Shown: piece after piece, positions 50,746-63,497 of the stretch
How the letters are laid out: each line of letters opens with the position of its first letter
How positions within the stretch are numbered: position 1 is the stretch's first letter
Origin: Eledone cirrhosa
Lineage: Eukaryota
Length of the DNA stretch: 64,000 nucleotides
NCBI GenBank assembly: GCA_964016885.1
Contig: OZ024743.1
Span: 320,664,001-320,728,000, forward strand
Direction: 5' to 3'
Notes under the pieces: generated by a model
The model's database searches: none
Seen by the model: only the letters and a program-made list of their open reading frames with translations
Told to the model about the DNA's origin: nothing
Made by a program: the position numbers and the translations under genes

Positions 50746-53700
50746 CTGATGGACACATGTGCTGAGCTCGCTCGGTAAGTTTCGTTTAAATTTATCTGGA
50801 AATTGTGAACTGTAAACGTTCATTTTCGTACCATTTTGTAGAGGGACTGCCAGGTCAAATTTTGATCTGGTTAGTCTCTCAAAATATTCTACGCCTTTAG
50901 GCGAAATAGTGTTATAAAAATTTTACTTTCGAAAAATCCTATTTTGAAAAAAATGGCTGAAGCATCTTCACCAACAGTCAAAGAAAGAAAAGGGAAGTCA
51001 TACTCACAGCTTTCTCCTGCCACTGTCACAGCAGCAGATGCCAAAGGCAGAGGTCAGCCAGAGGAAGAATTTTCTTCACCTGTTGACCGACAACTTGATG
51101 TAGCCACAACTATACAAGAAACTGAAAACAACAACAACAACGACAACAACAGCAACAATAAAGACAACAAAAACAACACAAACGTCACATATGTAGTAAA
51201 CACTTCCTTTCGTAAAGAAAGGGAATTTCACACAATAAAAAAGAAAATAACAGCCCACAACAGACACCAAAAAATACAGAAAATTAAAAAATTGAAAACA
51301 CATCCAACAATACCAATCAAAAGGAAAAAAATGTCAACACAAACACCAAAGAAAATACAAACAACAGTGACAACAACAGCAAAATTTCTTTTGCTGATAC
51401 CGTAAAAAAAACGGAAATATTTCAACTTTGGGATTTAACCAACGCGAAACAAAAGTTGGAAGATGCTAAACAATATGTGACTTTTGGACCCAATGGGTCA
51501 TTTAGCATAAATTCACCACAAGAACTAAGGAGAGAAAATGCCCTGAACACGGTGGTTTTCAGGACAATCTCAAATGCATCAAAAAAACCAGCTCAACTAT
51601 CTCAGAGTGAGATTGAGCTAGTATTAAGGAACCACATGGATAACATTTCATTTATTCAGAAAGCCAAACTTTTCGGCAGCATCTCGGTGCTAATGAAAAA
51701 CAACATAACAGCACAAAAATATTCCATCGCGCCCATTGTGTCCACCCATTTTACATTTTTCCCTACATACATGGGAAAAAGAACGCAAAAAATAAAAATT
51801 ACATGTATAAGACCCAAAGTAGATATTTGGTGGATACTTTATGGCCTAATTGACCTTGAACAAGACACTTTGATCTCAGTAGGAAAATCCTCCAGAGATA
51901 TATTTAGTGGGACTAGCATCGAAATTCTGGTGCAGATGAGCCGAGAACGTATAATGAAAATCCCACAGAGAGTACCTCTGGATGGACAGATCTACATAAA
52001 CATTTCGGTTGAGGGTAGGCGGTCCGCATGTTACCACTGCGCAAGCAGAGGTCACCTAAGGGCTGCCTGTCCTCAATTGACAAAAAAAAAACACTTTTAC
52101 CAACACCACAAATAACAACACAACCACCACCACCACGACAACAAGAAAAAACAACAGAGAACAATATTCCACCCAACTCCTCCCCACCCAAAACAAATAC
52201 AAAAACACACACAGACACTACAGAACCCCAAAACATACCCCTACCCATCAACACGGATGAGGAACCCCTATCGACGGCACCCAGCGGCGATGAGGAGGAA
52301 CCCTTCCAACCCGTGAAAAGAATAAAAAGAAAGAACCGCATGAACAAAAACGAAACAAACACACAAACACCAGCACAAACAGCACAAAAATCACAAACAA
52401 AAGTTCCCCCTCCCGAAAACAAAACACCCACAACAAAGAGAAAACACGTGCAGGAACCACAGACAAAAACAAACACAACACAGGAAAAGTACACATACAC
52501 TTACATAAACGAAGAAAATAGAACACTGATGGAGACCATCAGAAACAACCCTTTGGTCAAAACCGAAGCGAAAACTTTGGATAGCTCCAACAAAAACAAA
52601 AAAATGAACCTAAAACTGATCAGGGTCCCTATAGGAACTTATAGATCCCTAAAAGAAACATTTGTAGAGGACGTGGGGAATTCCTGCGTGAAACCAATCA
52701 ACCGCGTCCTCTACAAAGGCCTCCCCACCACAGGCACCCCCACCCAAGTCATCCCCAACCCACCAGACACCCTTTCCCCACCAAACACCTCCGTCCCCAC
52801 CCCGCCAGAAACCACCACCCCACCCAACAACCCATCCCCCACCCTCATGGAAATTGTGCAGCCCGATACCCGGGACTTAGAGAGGTAAGTGCCTTTTCTC
52901 TTCACCACCAACATGGCTATGCTAAGAGTAGGCTGTTTAAATGCGCGTGGCCTGGGCTCAACTTGGAAGCAAGCAATGCTTCTAAATGACCTCAGGTCAC
53001 AACGTATAGATGTGATGGTTATTTGGGAGGCCCCGATCAGCAACGTGCGACAGCTGGCCCCCACCTTTGATGACTTTGAGATGCACGCATCTCTCTGTCA
53101 GCCCGGAGGTGGGGGTGGGGTTGTCGATCTGCTGCAAAAACATCTGGGTCTCGCAACACAGATGGTACATTTGGACCCGAAAGGTCGACTAGTGATTCTG
53201 GACCTTGGCAGTGGTGAAGGCGGAGCATTTAGGTTGGTAGCCGCCTACGGCCCTTTCGGGTCAATGCGGCCGGACTTCTTCCATCGTCTGGAGAATTTTC
53301 GAGGGACGTCCCGCTCCTTGCTATTAGTGGGGGACTGGAATGGTATCCTAGATGCACGCTGGGACTACGTAGGGGCCTGTCCCGATAGAGAGGGGTGCAA
53401 TAGCCTCAAAGGGTTAATCGGTCGATTTGACCTGGCCGATAGATATCGACTAGATTTTCCGACTGCGCCAACCTGGACTTGGGAAAATCGTAGCGGATCA
53501 TCTAGGTCGTACCTAGATAGGTTCTCAGTTAGAATTAAGGATAAGGACTTTTTAAGTTGTCCAAAACTGCGCATGGTTGGCTATTCAGACCACAAGTTAG
53601 TGACCTACATGGTCAACCTTGACAGAACTCATAGACAGGGACCCGCTTAATGGAAGCTCAACTTGTCCTTACCGGCAAGTAAGGCTTACAGGGACCGGAT

Positions 53701-56437
53701 TAGCACTTTAGTTAAGGAGCGGTTGACGGGCGCCATCGTCAACAGCAGGTGGTGGGGATCTCTCAAAAGAGAGATTAGAGTAGTCTCTATAGAATTTAGT
53801 AAGGAGTTAGCCTCTAATAGAAACAGGAAGGAAAGGGAGTTGGTAGATAGTGTAGAAGAGGCAATTAGAAGCAGCAACGTGGCCAGAGTGCTAGCGTCGA
53901 GAACGGCCCTGGGGCAGTTCTTCGACGCGAAACACGAAGGCTGCATCGTCCGAAGCAAAATACGTGCTCTGGCAAACGAGGGGACCAAAGCTGTTAGCTG
54001 GGCCCGCGTGACAGAAGCCAAAAGAGGGAGCAGATCCACTATCCGGTCTTTGCGAGACCAGGGTGGACGGGTGATCCTTGAACCTAAGCAGATGTGCGAG
54101 GCTTTTCAAAAGCACTTTGCCGGATTGTTCGGAAGGGGCGGGGGGCCGGTTGGGGATGTGGACTTCGGTCCATACCTCGACGGCCTGCCGCGTCTCTCGG
54201 ACAGGGAGGCGAAGTCCTGCGAGGAGCCGATCTCAGCCGCTGAGATAGAGGACGTGCTGAGCCAATGCGGCAAACGCAAATCCCCGGGTCTCGACGGTCT
54301 TCCATACGAACTATATCTAGCTATGCCGGACTTGTTCCCCGATCTCCTCGAGGCGGTCTACTGCAACTGGCAACAGAACGGGAGAATTCCCTATGCTGTG
54401 ACCAAGGGCGTAGTCACGCTAGTGAGGAAGGACGAGAACAAGGGGGACGATATAAATAATTTCAGGCCCATAACTCTGCTAAATACAGAGTTACAGATTT
54501 TGGCCAAGTTGCTAGCAAAGAGGTTGGCGCTTGTCGTGGGCAACATGGTGGGAGACGCGCAGACATGTGCTATCCCGTCCAGGTCCATCCACGACAACCT
54601 CCACCTCATGCGATACATCATAGAGAGGGTTGGGAACGAACCCGGCTTTGGTGGGGCCCTGATCAACTTGGATCAATCTAAGGCATTCGATAGGGTCGAC
54701 CATGGTTACCTGGATGCGGTGCTAGCGGCGGCAGGATTCGGACCCGTTTTCAGGGGCTGGATCAATGCCATGCACAGCAGCCGCATCTGCTCTAGGGTCA
54801 AGGTGAACGGCTACCTCTCGGAGCCGTTCGAAATCGCGCGGTCCATCCAACAGGGGTGCCCTCTCTCCTCCCTTCTGTATGTAATGACTCTAGAGCCACT
54901 GCTGCGGAAGTTGGAAGCATTGCAGGGCATCCCGTTGGAACTGGGATTGCGGAAAGCGGTGTCGGCCTACGCCGACGACGTAACAGTAATTGTGTCTACG
55001 GCCTCGGAAATTGGGGCGATCGGCACCTTACTGGAGGAGTACGAAAGGTTTACAGGGGCTAAGTTGAACCGGGACAAGTCGATCGGTCTGCAACTCGGCA
55101 CGTGGAGTGGCAGATCGATGCCCTCCGATGGCGTCGTCGGGCGCTGGACGGAGGGCCCGGTGAAGTTGCTCGGGGTCTGGTTCGGACAAGACCTCCAGAT
55201 GGAGAAGAACTGGGGTGAGGTAACGAACAGGGTGTTTGCAATGACCCAGAAGTGGGCCGAGTGCAAACTGTCCCTGAAAGGTCGGGTGGAGGTGGCGAAC
55301 TCTTATATAGCGTCCGTCATCTACTACCGCCTGACCGCTGTGCCTTGCCCAATGGAAACGCTCGCCAAAATGGAGCGCGCACTCTTCCAATTCCTTTGGA
55401 AGAAGAGGGCTCCTATGGTGAGGAGATCCATCTGCTGTCAACACCCTTCGAAAGGAGGGCTGGGGCATGCCGTGGCTGGTGATGCGTAAACACGTATTAA
55501 GGCTACGGCACCTCCAGGTATTCCTCTCCGGTCAACCGGTGTGGGCCCCGTTTGTGAGGCGAGCCATTCCCAGACTCGTCTCACTCACCGAGCTGCAATC
55601 CTGGGTCAAGCAAAGACCGAGAAAACTGGGCGCCTGGCACACCGAGTGTGCCCAGGCGCTCACGGCTCTCTGGCAGGCGGACCCGAGGACCCATGGATAA
55701 CTTCCAGAGGTCCCTGGCCTGGCAGTGCTACAGAAGGGCTCTGCCCGTTCGAGAAAGGCTCTACAGACACGGGCGCCCGGGTAGGGACCCCTCGAAAAAG
55801 ATCTGTCTCAGATGCGTGTGCGACGAGGAAACCGTTGCACACGCATTGGTACACTGCTCGGGCATTGCTGATCTGTGGGGCTATATTGAACAACTGCTGT
55901 CAAGGGTGGGACCCATCCGGTTGACCACCGAGTCTATTGTAACGATCAAGCCACCTCCCCTCTTCAAAAACGAAGGAGAGGCGGTGTTTCTGTGCGTAAT
56001 AGCCATGGCGAAAGAGGTTGTATGGTGGACGCATCTGAAAGGACTAAGGTCAGACACCTTTCTCTCTGGCCAACAACTGGGCCGTTTCTTCCGATATTAT
56101 TTCGGAAGAAGGATCAGGATGGAGAGAGAGGTGCTGCACCCCAGCCGTTTTTATGAAAGATGGGTGAAAGTGGCCAGAATGGCCCGTGTGAATGGGCCGT
56201 CACTCTACATCAGATTATAGGCGAGGAAAAGGGTTGCACACTTTTTTTTGGTGGGGGGGGCGAACCCCTAAGGCGCCTTCTCTCTATTGAGGATTTTGTT
56301 ATATATTTTATTCTGTTATATTTTATTTTATTTTTATATTTTGTTATTGCCTCCTCCTTATTGAGGATGCCTTGTTTTGTAAACTCCCCCCATTGTACTT
56401 GTCCCACTTTTGATGCCCTGGTGGCAAATAAAAGAAA
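50746..56437 (+). mobile_element. Tx1/L1-clade LINE, array unit E (near full length)
   Basis: ORF1 ~50953-52888 with CYHCASRGHLRAAC; ORF2 52913-56220 with one stop, frameshifts and an internal deletion near 55685. Confidence 0.95.
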
Positions 56438-56493
56438 CATATCCATCTATCTACCTATATCTCTCCCTATCTATCTACCTATCTACCTATCTG

Positions 56494-56536
<43 letters not shown>

Positions 56537-56544
56537 CTATCTCG

Positions 56545-56578
<34 letters not shown>

Positions 56579-56580
56579 CT

Positions 56581-56686
56581 GTTGTAATTGTTTGTTTTTA
56601 TATTTTTTACACAACTGTATGTAAAATCCCCGGCATGTCTTTGTATTGTCCCCTTTTCTTGTGCGCCCTTGTGGCTAATAAAAAAA
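56581..56686 (+). mobile_element. Array unit F: 3' UTR-only Tx1-like insertion
   Basis: Matches the last ~105 nt of units A/C; (TATC)n on both sides. Confidence 0.85.
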
Positions 56687-56705
56687 TATATCTATCTATC
56701 TCTAT

Positions 56706-57579
56706 AAGTGCGACGACGTTCTCGTGGAAACTCTAAGCATGGAGGAGGACGAACTGTCCAGTCTGTTTGGGAGGACTTTCCGTCCAGGGCCTATGGATAA
56801 CTTCCAGAGGTCTCTGGCCTGGCAGGTCTACCGAGAAGCTCTACCAGTTCGAGACAAAATCTACAGGCACGGACGCCCTGGCAGAGATCCTGCCAAAAGG
56901 ACTTGTCCAAGATGCGAGCAGGACATCGAAACTGTTCTGCACGCAATTGTTCAGGGCCCAGGTGTGACTGACCAATGGAATTATGTCGAACAGCTACTGT
57001 CACGCGTGGGACGCATCCAGTTGTCAATCGAGTCCATCATTATGATCACCCCTCTGCCTTCATTCAAGAATGAAGGAGAGGCGGTTTTCCTCTGTCTGGT
57101 GGCTATGGCGAAAGAGGTAATATGGTGGACGAGGTTAAAAGGACTGAGGGCAAACACCTTTCTCTCCGGACAACAACTTATCCCCTTCTTTAAGTACCAC
57201 TTCAGAAGGAATGTGGGAGTGGAGAGAGATGTGCTACATCCCAGTAAATTCGTTGAAAGGGGGGTGAATGTGGCGAAAATGTCCCGAGTGAATGGGCGTT
57301 CTCTGTATATAAACCTGTAAGTTGAAGAAGACGAGAACACCTACAAAACGTGTTCCTGGTAGTGAGGGTTGTTCTATCCACGGGGTGTAAAACAACCCCA
57401 CAGTAACGTGTCCCCCCCCCCAAAAAAAAAAAAACCGAATGGGGATTTCAATTGTTATTTTATTATGTATAGTTTATTGTTATTTATTAATGTTAAAGTT
57501 ATATGATTTTTATTTAAAACCACCGCCGTCACGTCTCGTAATGTCCCATTCGTGTACGCCCCTGTGGCAAATAAAGAAA
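56706..57579 (+). mobile_element. Tx1/L1-clade LINE, array unit G (5'-truncated)
   Basis: ORF2 C-terminus 56724-57320 (GPMDNFQRSLAWQ, CPRC..H); conserved 3' end. Confidence 0.92.
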
Positions 57580-57603
57580 TATATATATATCTCTCTCTAT
57601 ATA

Positions 57604-57635
<32 letters not shown>

Positions 57636-57857
57636 GCGAGTTTTTGATTCCAGATTCGGGCCAAAACGATACAGATCGAACCTTGGGCTAATTAATAGCG
57701 AAACGCGCGTCAGTGATCAATAAACGTAATGAAGACTTAACAAATCGTCCTTGTTTTATTATACACTCTATCTAGCTCTACACCTCGCCACTGACGTGAA
57801 CCTAAATGTGGTCATCAGGGTGAACCTACAGTAACTTCACGTTACACTCCCTGGATA
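57636..57857 (+). mobile_element. Probable pLTR remnant with hammerhead 3' half
   Basis: GCTA-attaa-TAGC-GAA-ACGCGCGT-C at ~57687-57711; the CTGANGA half is absent; TA tracts on both sides. Confidence 0.5.
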
Positions 57858-57869
57858 TATATATATACA

Positions 57870-58090
57870 TAATTGTTTCTACTTTAGGCACAAGGCCAGC
57901 AATTTAAAGGGGAGGGGAAAGTCGATTAAATCGACCCCAGTGCATTACTAGTGCTTTATTTATCGAGCCCGTAAAGATGAAAGGCAAAGTTAAGCTCGGC
58001 GGGATTTGAACTCCGAACGTAAAGTGTCGTAACTCTATGCTGCGAAGCATGGTGTCCGACGTTCTACCGATACTGCCAATCCATCGCCCT
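57870..58090 (-). mobile_element. SINE (full length); a partial copy also at ~58750-58867
   Basis: Same family head, core and tail. Confidence 0.88.
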
Positions 58091-58235
58091 ATAGGCAATA
58101 TACATAATAATAATTTTATACACACTCCGACACACACATATGTGGGTATGGGTGTAGATGTGGGTAAGTGGGTGTTTGTGCGTATGTGTGTATTTATATG
58201 TGTAGGTACTTCTATTTTTAATAAATATATATATA

Positions 58236-58616
58236 CAATGAATCTTCGCTTATCCGGACGGTCGAAACCAAACAGTTCGAAAAAGATCCGGTTAAGTGAA
58301 ATATCCGGATAAGTGAATTCTAAAATCCCATTGTTACATAATGCTCGTGGTTTCTAATGTTTTGGCTTCTTTTAGTCAAAATAAAAGACAAATGCTAAGT
58401 AAAGAAAGTTTATTAGAATAAGAAAAGAACAGCTAGAATTTATAAGAAAATTAATTAAACAAACATAAGAATAACTAAAAACTTGGTAAAACTGAATTGA
58501 GTTAAACCATAAAAAGTTAGTACTTTTTTAAAAAATAAATAAATAGTAGTATAGAAATAGCCGTCCGGTAAATCGAATTTCTGAAAATCGATATCCGGAT
58601 AACCGAAGATGCACTG
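58236..58616. mobile_element. Tc1/mariner-superfamily (pogo/Tigger-like) MITE
   Basis: TIRs CAATGAATCTTCGCTTATCCGGA / CAGTGCATCTTCGGTTATCCGGA (20 of 23 match), TA on both sides, internal TATCCGGATA repeats. Confidence 0.8.
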
Positions 58617-58932
58617 TATTTATATGAGAATAAGGAAAGAAACATTTCAAATCATAATCACCGAAAGCTTTTAGTCCAAAGGAAAAATCATTGAGTTATA
58701 TTCTTCATTGTAGGCATTTCATCGAAAGTTGCTGCAAGTAGAAATATAAATAATTGTTTCTACTTTTGGCACAAGGCCAGCAATTAACCAGTACATTACT
58801 GGTACTTTATTTTATCGACCCCGTAAGGATGAAAGACAAAGTTGACCTCAGCGGGATTTGAACTCTGTGAACTTAAAGATATCTTGGTGGCAAACTTTTA
58901 ATATTGCCTCCGATGTATATGTGGAGGAGAGG

Positions 58933-59108
<176 letters not shown>

Positions 59109-59151
59109 ATATATATAAATAATTGGAAACTATATCTATAAAAGCATATTT

Positions 59152-59215
59152 ATTTTATTATACATATTTCAAGGGCCACCAAGGCAAATTATGGTGCGCT
59201 TTCATCAGATAAAAT
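59152..59215 (-). ncRNA. Type-I hammerhead ribozyme in pLTR remnant (~59118-59292)
   Basis: Stem I ATTTTAT/ATAAAAT; CTGATGA; stem II AAGCGCACCA/TGGTGGCCCTT; GAA; stem III ATATGTAT; site AUA. Confidence 0.8.
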
Positions 59216-59306
59216 ACAATACAGATTTGTTTTATAAGTAAATATTGACATACCCTGAAAAAAGACAACCTTAACGGTTGGAACTTCCTGGATAGTATAT
59301 ATATAT

Positions 59307-59341
<35 letters not shown>

Positions 59342-59350
59342 ATATAGAAA

Positions 59351-59401
59351 AGCTTCTACAGGACTAGAACTGTTTCCTTCGTGAGAAATCATCAGGAAGC
59401 T
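59351..59401 (-). ncRNA. Complete monomeric type-I hammerhead ribozyme
   Basis: AGCTTC-CTGATGA-TTTC(tcac)GAAG-GAA-ACAG(ttctagtc)CTGT-A-GAAGCT; all three stems and the core are intact; site GUA. Confidence 0.88.
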
Positions 59402-59673
59402 GACTCTCCAAGTAATATCGTGGTATTTATATCTTTTCTGGTGGTAGGAAATGGTGGTGAAGGTCATTGGTTGATGGGTTTCAAGAAAAGGGACTTCTTT
59501 AAAAACTATATTTAGAGTAACAAACGCAGAAAGAATTCTATAAACAAGTTCAAACTGGGGGTGCCACACATCATTTTTAAGGTTCTCTTAAGCCAACAAT
59601 ACCTGTAGTCAGGTGTCTATAAGCACATTCACACACACATATATTAAGCCCTTACTCCCACACACTCGCATAC

Positions 59674-60135
<462 letters not shown>

Positions 60136-60309
60136 CTACTCCAAAAACTTGTCGAGTGCTTTATATCAGTTATAAAATATTTACTTGTTGCATCCCAACA
60201 ATTTTAAATAGAACTTTTGCATATATATATATATATATATATATTAATATATATATATATATATTAATATATATATATATATATATTAATATAAATATAT
60301 ATATATAAG

Positions 60310-62031
60310 GTAGCATATACTGAGTATGAAAATAGACCTAGAAGAAATAGATCCCGTCGCATTTGTTGGTTTAACCCACCGTATAATATGGAGGTGGCCA
60401 CACCATTAGCTAAGATCTTTCTTTCCCTTATTACGAAGCATTTTCCCCCTACACATAAACATAGTAAACTTTTTAATAGAAATACTATTAAAATTTCTTA
60501 CTCTACGACTCCTAACCTTGCACATAACATCACAGCTTCAAATTTAGCTAAACTACCTAGCCGTAGGAACACGTGCAACCCTGTAGTTAGTACTAACTGT
60601 AATTGTAGGAATCGGGCTGATTGCCCCCTATCCGGGAAATGCCTCTCTAGTAACATTGTCTACAAATGTAAGGTTGTAACACCCACGTCCCGTAGGGCCT
60701 ACATAGGGTTAACCGCCAATAGTTTCAAGCAGCGTCTTTACATGCATACCCATTCTATTCGTTACCCTCTTAGAAGGAATATGACGTCACTTTCAGCTTA
60801 TATCTGGAGTCTAAAAGACAACCATACCCAATATAAGTTACACTGGGAGATCCTAGCTAGGGCTAGATCGTATAACGGAAATAAAAGACCATGTGACCTC
60901 TGCGCCGCTGAGGCCCTGGAAATACTCTACGCCACGGACCACATCTTAAACAAAAAATCTGAGGCAATTTCGGCTTGTAAACATAAATTGCACAAAACTT
61001 TCCTGTATTACAGCCCCACGTTATACCCTAACGGATAGCACGATCTATACGTGGATATTTTACGTCTTGATGTGGGAGCTAAGTATATGTTTGTTTATTC
61101 CTTTACTTATTTGCATAGGTAAGTATATATTACCCGTATGTTTTGTGAAGGTATGTATACCTTCTCGTACGTATATTTGACTGTTATGGCGTATAATCTT
61201 TACATATTCTGGTATTTAGGGTTTGGCTATGTGTATACGGGAGTTTTGCGTCTGCGTGAGTATGCAGGTTCGTACGTACGGTGGGTGTGTGTATATGTGT
61301 ACTTCTTGTTTTAGTTGACTTACGTCTCCGAACATGCGTGTATTTATATGTAGGTATGCGTGTGCGCTTTTTATATACGTATTTATTTACTTATATACGT
61401 TTATATAATTATTTATTTATTTGTACACAAGCATACACACACACACATATTTATATGTGCGTGGTTTTGTATACCTATGGTAAGGTTTTGCGTATGCTTG
61501 TGTATGTAGGTATCTGTTTGCGTGTATGTATTTATTTATTTCTATTACTTCTGTATTGTATTTATTTACTTTGTTCTTAACTCTGTAGCAGAGATTCATT
61601 TGGTCTCCTAGTTAGAATTTTAGTCTACGACTTCTGCTTACCCTGTACGTGATTTTGTCTTTGCGTGCTATTGTTCTCCACGCTCCACATTTGACTTATT
61701 ATCTTCGTTTTTTCGTTCATTGCCAGAGAATGTCTCTATGCACCACCTAAGAGGACATTAGTCTACGACCTCTTTTATACCAGAAACGTGGTTCTGTCTT
61801 TGCGCGTAATTGTTTTTCACCGCTCCTATTAATGACGTATTATTCGTTTTTTCCCGTTCTTTGCCAGCGAACGTTACCACGAACCAAAGTATCGTCTTCC
61901 TGTCTTCCTCCGGTTGCAACGTTTTTTGAAATATCCAGTTCTGCGTTTACAGATTGACTTTGTTTGTTTCAGAAGATCCCGTTAAGGGTGAAAGCAGCGA
62001 TTCTTTGCTTAAACTTTAATCTGTTATTTTA

Positions 62032-62035
<4 letters not shown>
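60310..62035 (+). mobile_element. 5'-truncated Penelope-like element (GIY-YIG ORF to 61038, then pLTR)
   Basis: WFNPPY, CNCRNRADCPL, IVYKC...AYIG, CDLC, LNKKSE..CKH; flanked by (TA)n. Confidence 0.92.
61950..62023 (+). ncRNA. Hammerhead variant with core CAGAAGA
   Basis: Stem I GTTT/AAAC (plus CAGATTGA/TTAATCTG), stem II CCC/GGG, GAA, stem III AGCAG/TTGCT; U4 is changed to A. Confidence 0.65.
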
Positions 62036-62082
<47 letters not shown>

Positions 62083-62091
62083 TATATATTA

Positions 62092-62173
<82 letters not shown>

Positions 62174-62206
62174 TAATATATATATATATATTAATATATA
62201 TATATT

Positions 62207-62336
<130 letters not shown>

Positions 62337-62354
62337 TATATATATATATATATA

Positions 62355-62387
<33 letters not shown>

Positions 62388-62388
<1 letters not shown>

Positions 62389-63402
62389 TAATTATAAAGA
62401 ATTAATATCTAGTAACATATATATACATACAGATGCATATCAATGCTAGCAAATATATAGGTTTTGTCTTAGTAACTTTGTGGTTCAATGCATGGGGTTG
62501 CAGATCAATAATATGAGAGACGTAAAATAAGAAAATTATAAAATTAACTTACTTACTAAAATATCACTTCCAACTAATTAGTTTCTGGAATGGAATAAAT
62601 ATATTTTCCGAAGAAAACACAGAGAATCATTCCGTCGTCAGGGAAGACTATTCTCATCTAAGTATCCAGGCAAAGCGTGGACTCTGGAAACTTATTAAAA
62701 AATAATTCAGTGGATAGAAAATAGCAAAGCGTGGACTGAATTCCTACCCATTGAGAAAATCACTGCCTCTGCGTCGGTGGCAAATTCAAAAAGAATCAAT
62801 CACGTGACATCGAGGTCAATCAGTGGAAAGTGGTTTGCTAATAAAACAGCGGCCTGCCTGCTACCATAGCAGCAGTCATGGCCAATATTACTCAACAAAT
62901 AATTTGGAGATAATTATAAAGAATTAATATCTAGTAACATATATATACATACAGATGCATATCAATGCTAGCAAATATATAGGTGTTGTCTTAGTAACTT
63001 TGTGGTTCAGTGCATGGGGTTGCAGAACAATAATATGAGAGACGTAAAATAAGAAAATTATAAAATTAACTTACTTACTAATATATCACTTCCAACTAAT
63101 TAGTTTCTGGAATGGAATAAATATATTTTCCGAAGAAAACACAGAGAATCATTCCGTCGTCACGGAAGACTATTCTCATCTAAGTATCCAGGCAAAGCGT
63201 GGACTCTGGACTTTTTTTAATAAGTTTCCAGAGTCCACGCTTTGCCTGGATACTTAGATGAGAATAGTCTTCCCTGACGACGGAATGATTCTCTGTGTTT
63301 TCTTCGGAAAATATATTTATTCCATTCCAGAAACTAATTAGTTGGAAGTGATATTTAGCAAGTAAGTTAATTTTATTATTTTCTTATTTTACGTCTCTCA
63401 TA
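62388..63402 (-). mobile_element. Non-coding 522-bp hammerhead retroelement (retrozyme-like non-autonomous PLE): partial tandem plus inverted segment
   Basis: 62910-63209 repeats 62388-62687 (offset 522); 63213-63402 is inverted; hammerheads at 62567-62646 (-), 63089-63168 (-, C3G) and 63269-63348 (+); (TA)n on both sides. Confidence 0.82.
63269..63348 (+). ncRNA. Type-I hammerhead ribozyme with expanded stem II
   Basis: CTTCC-CTGACGA-cGGAATG...CATTCCa-GAA-ACTAATTAGT-T-GGAAG; palindromic stem III; site GUU at 63343. Confidence 0.82.
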
Positions 63403-63438
63403 TATATATATTAATATATATATATATATATATATATA

Positions 63439-63489
<51 letters not shown>

Positions 63490-63497
<8 letters not shown>

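Noticed and set aside
49520-55489. Shared +1 frameshift at GGLG in A, D and E as programmed frameshifting
   Set aside because: It lies in a G run and is absent from B and C; slippage or sequencing error is more likely.
32614-57579. CRISPR-like array, LTR retrotransposons or bacterial insert (higher GC)
   Set aside because: The units are APE-RT LINEs with no LTRs, integrase or cas genes; the spacers are microsatellite.
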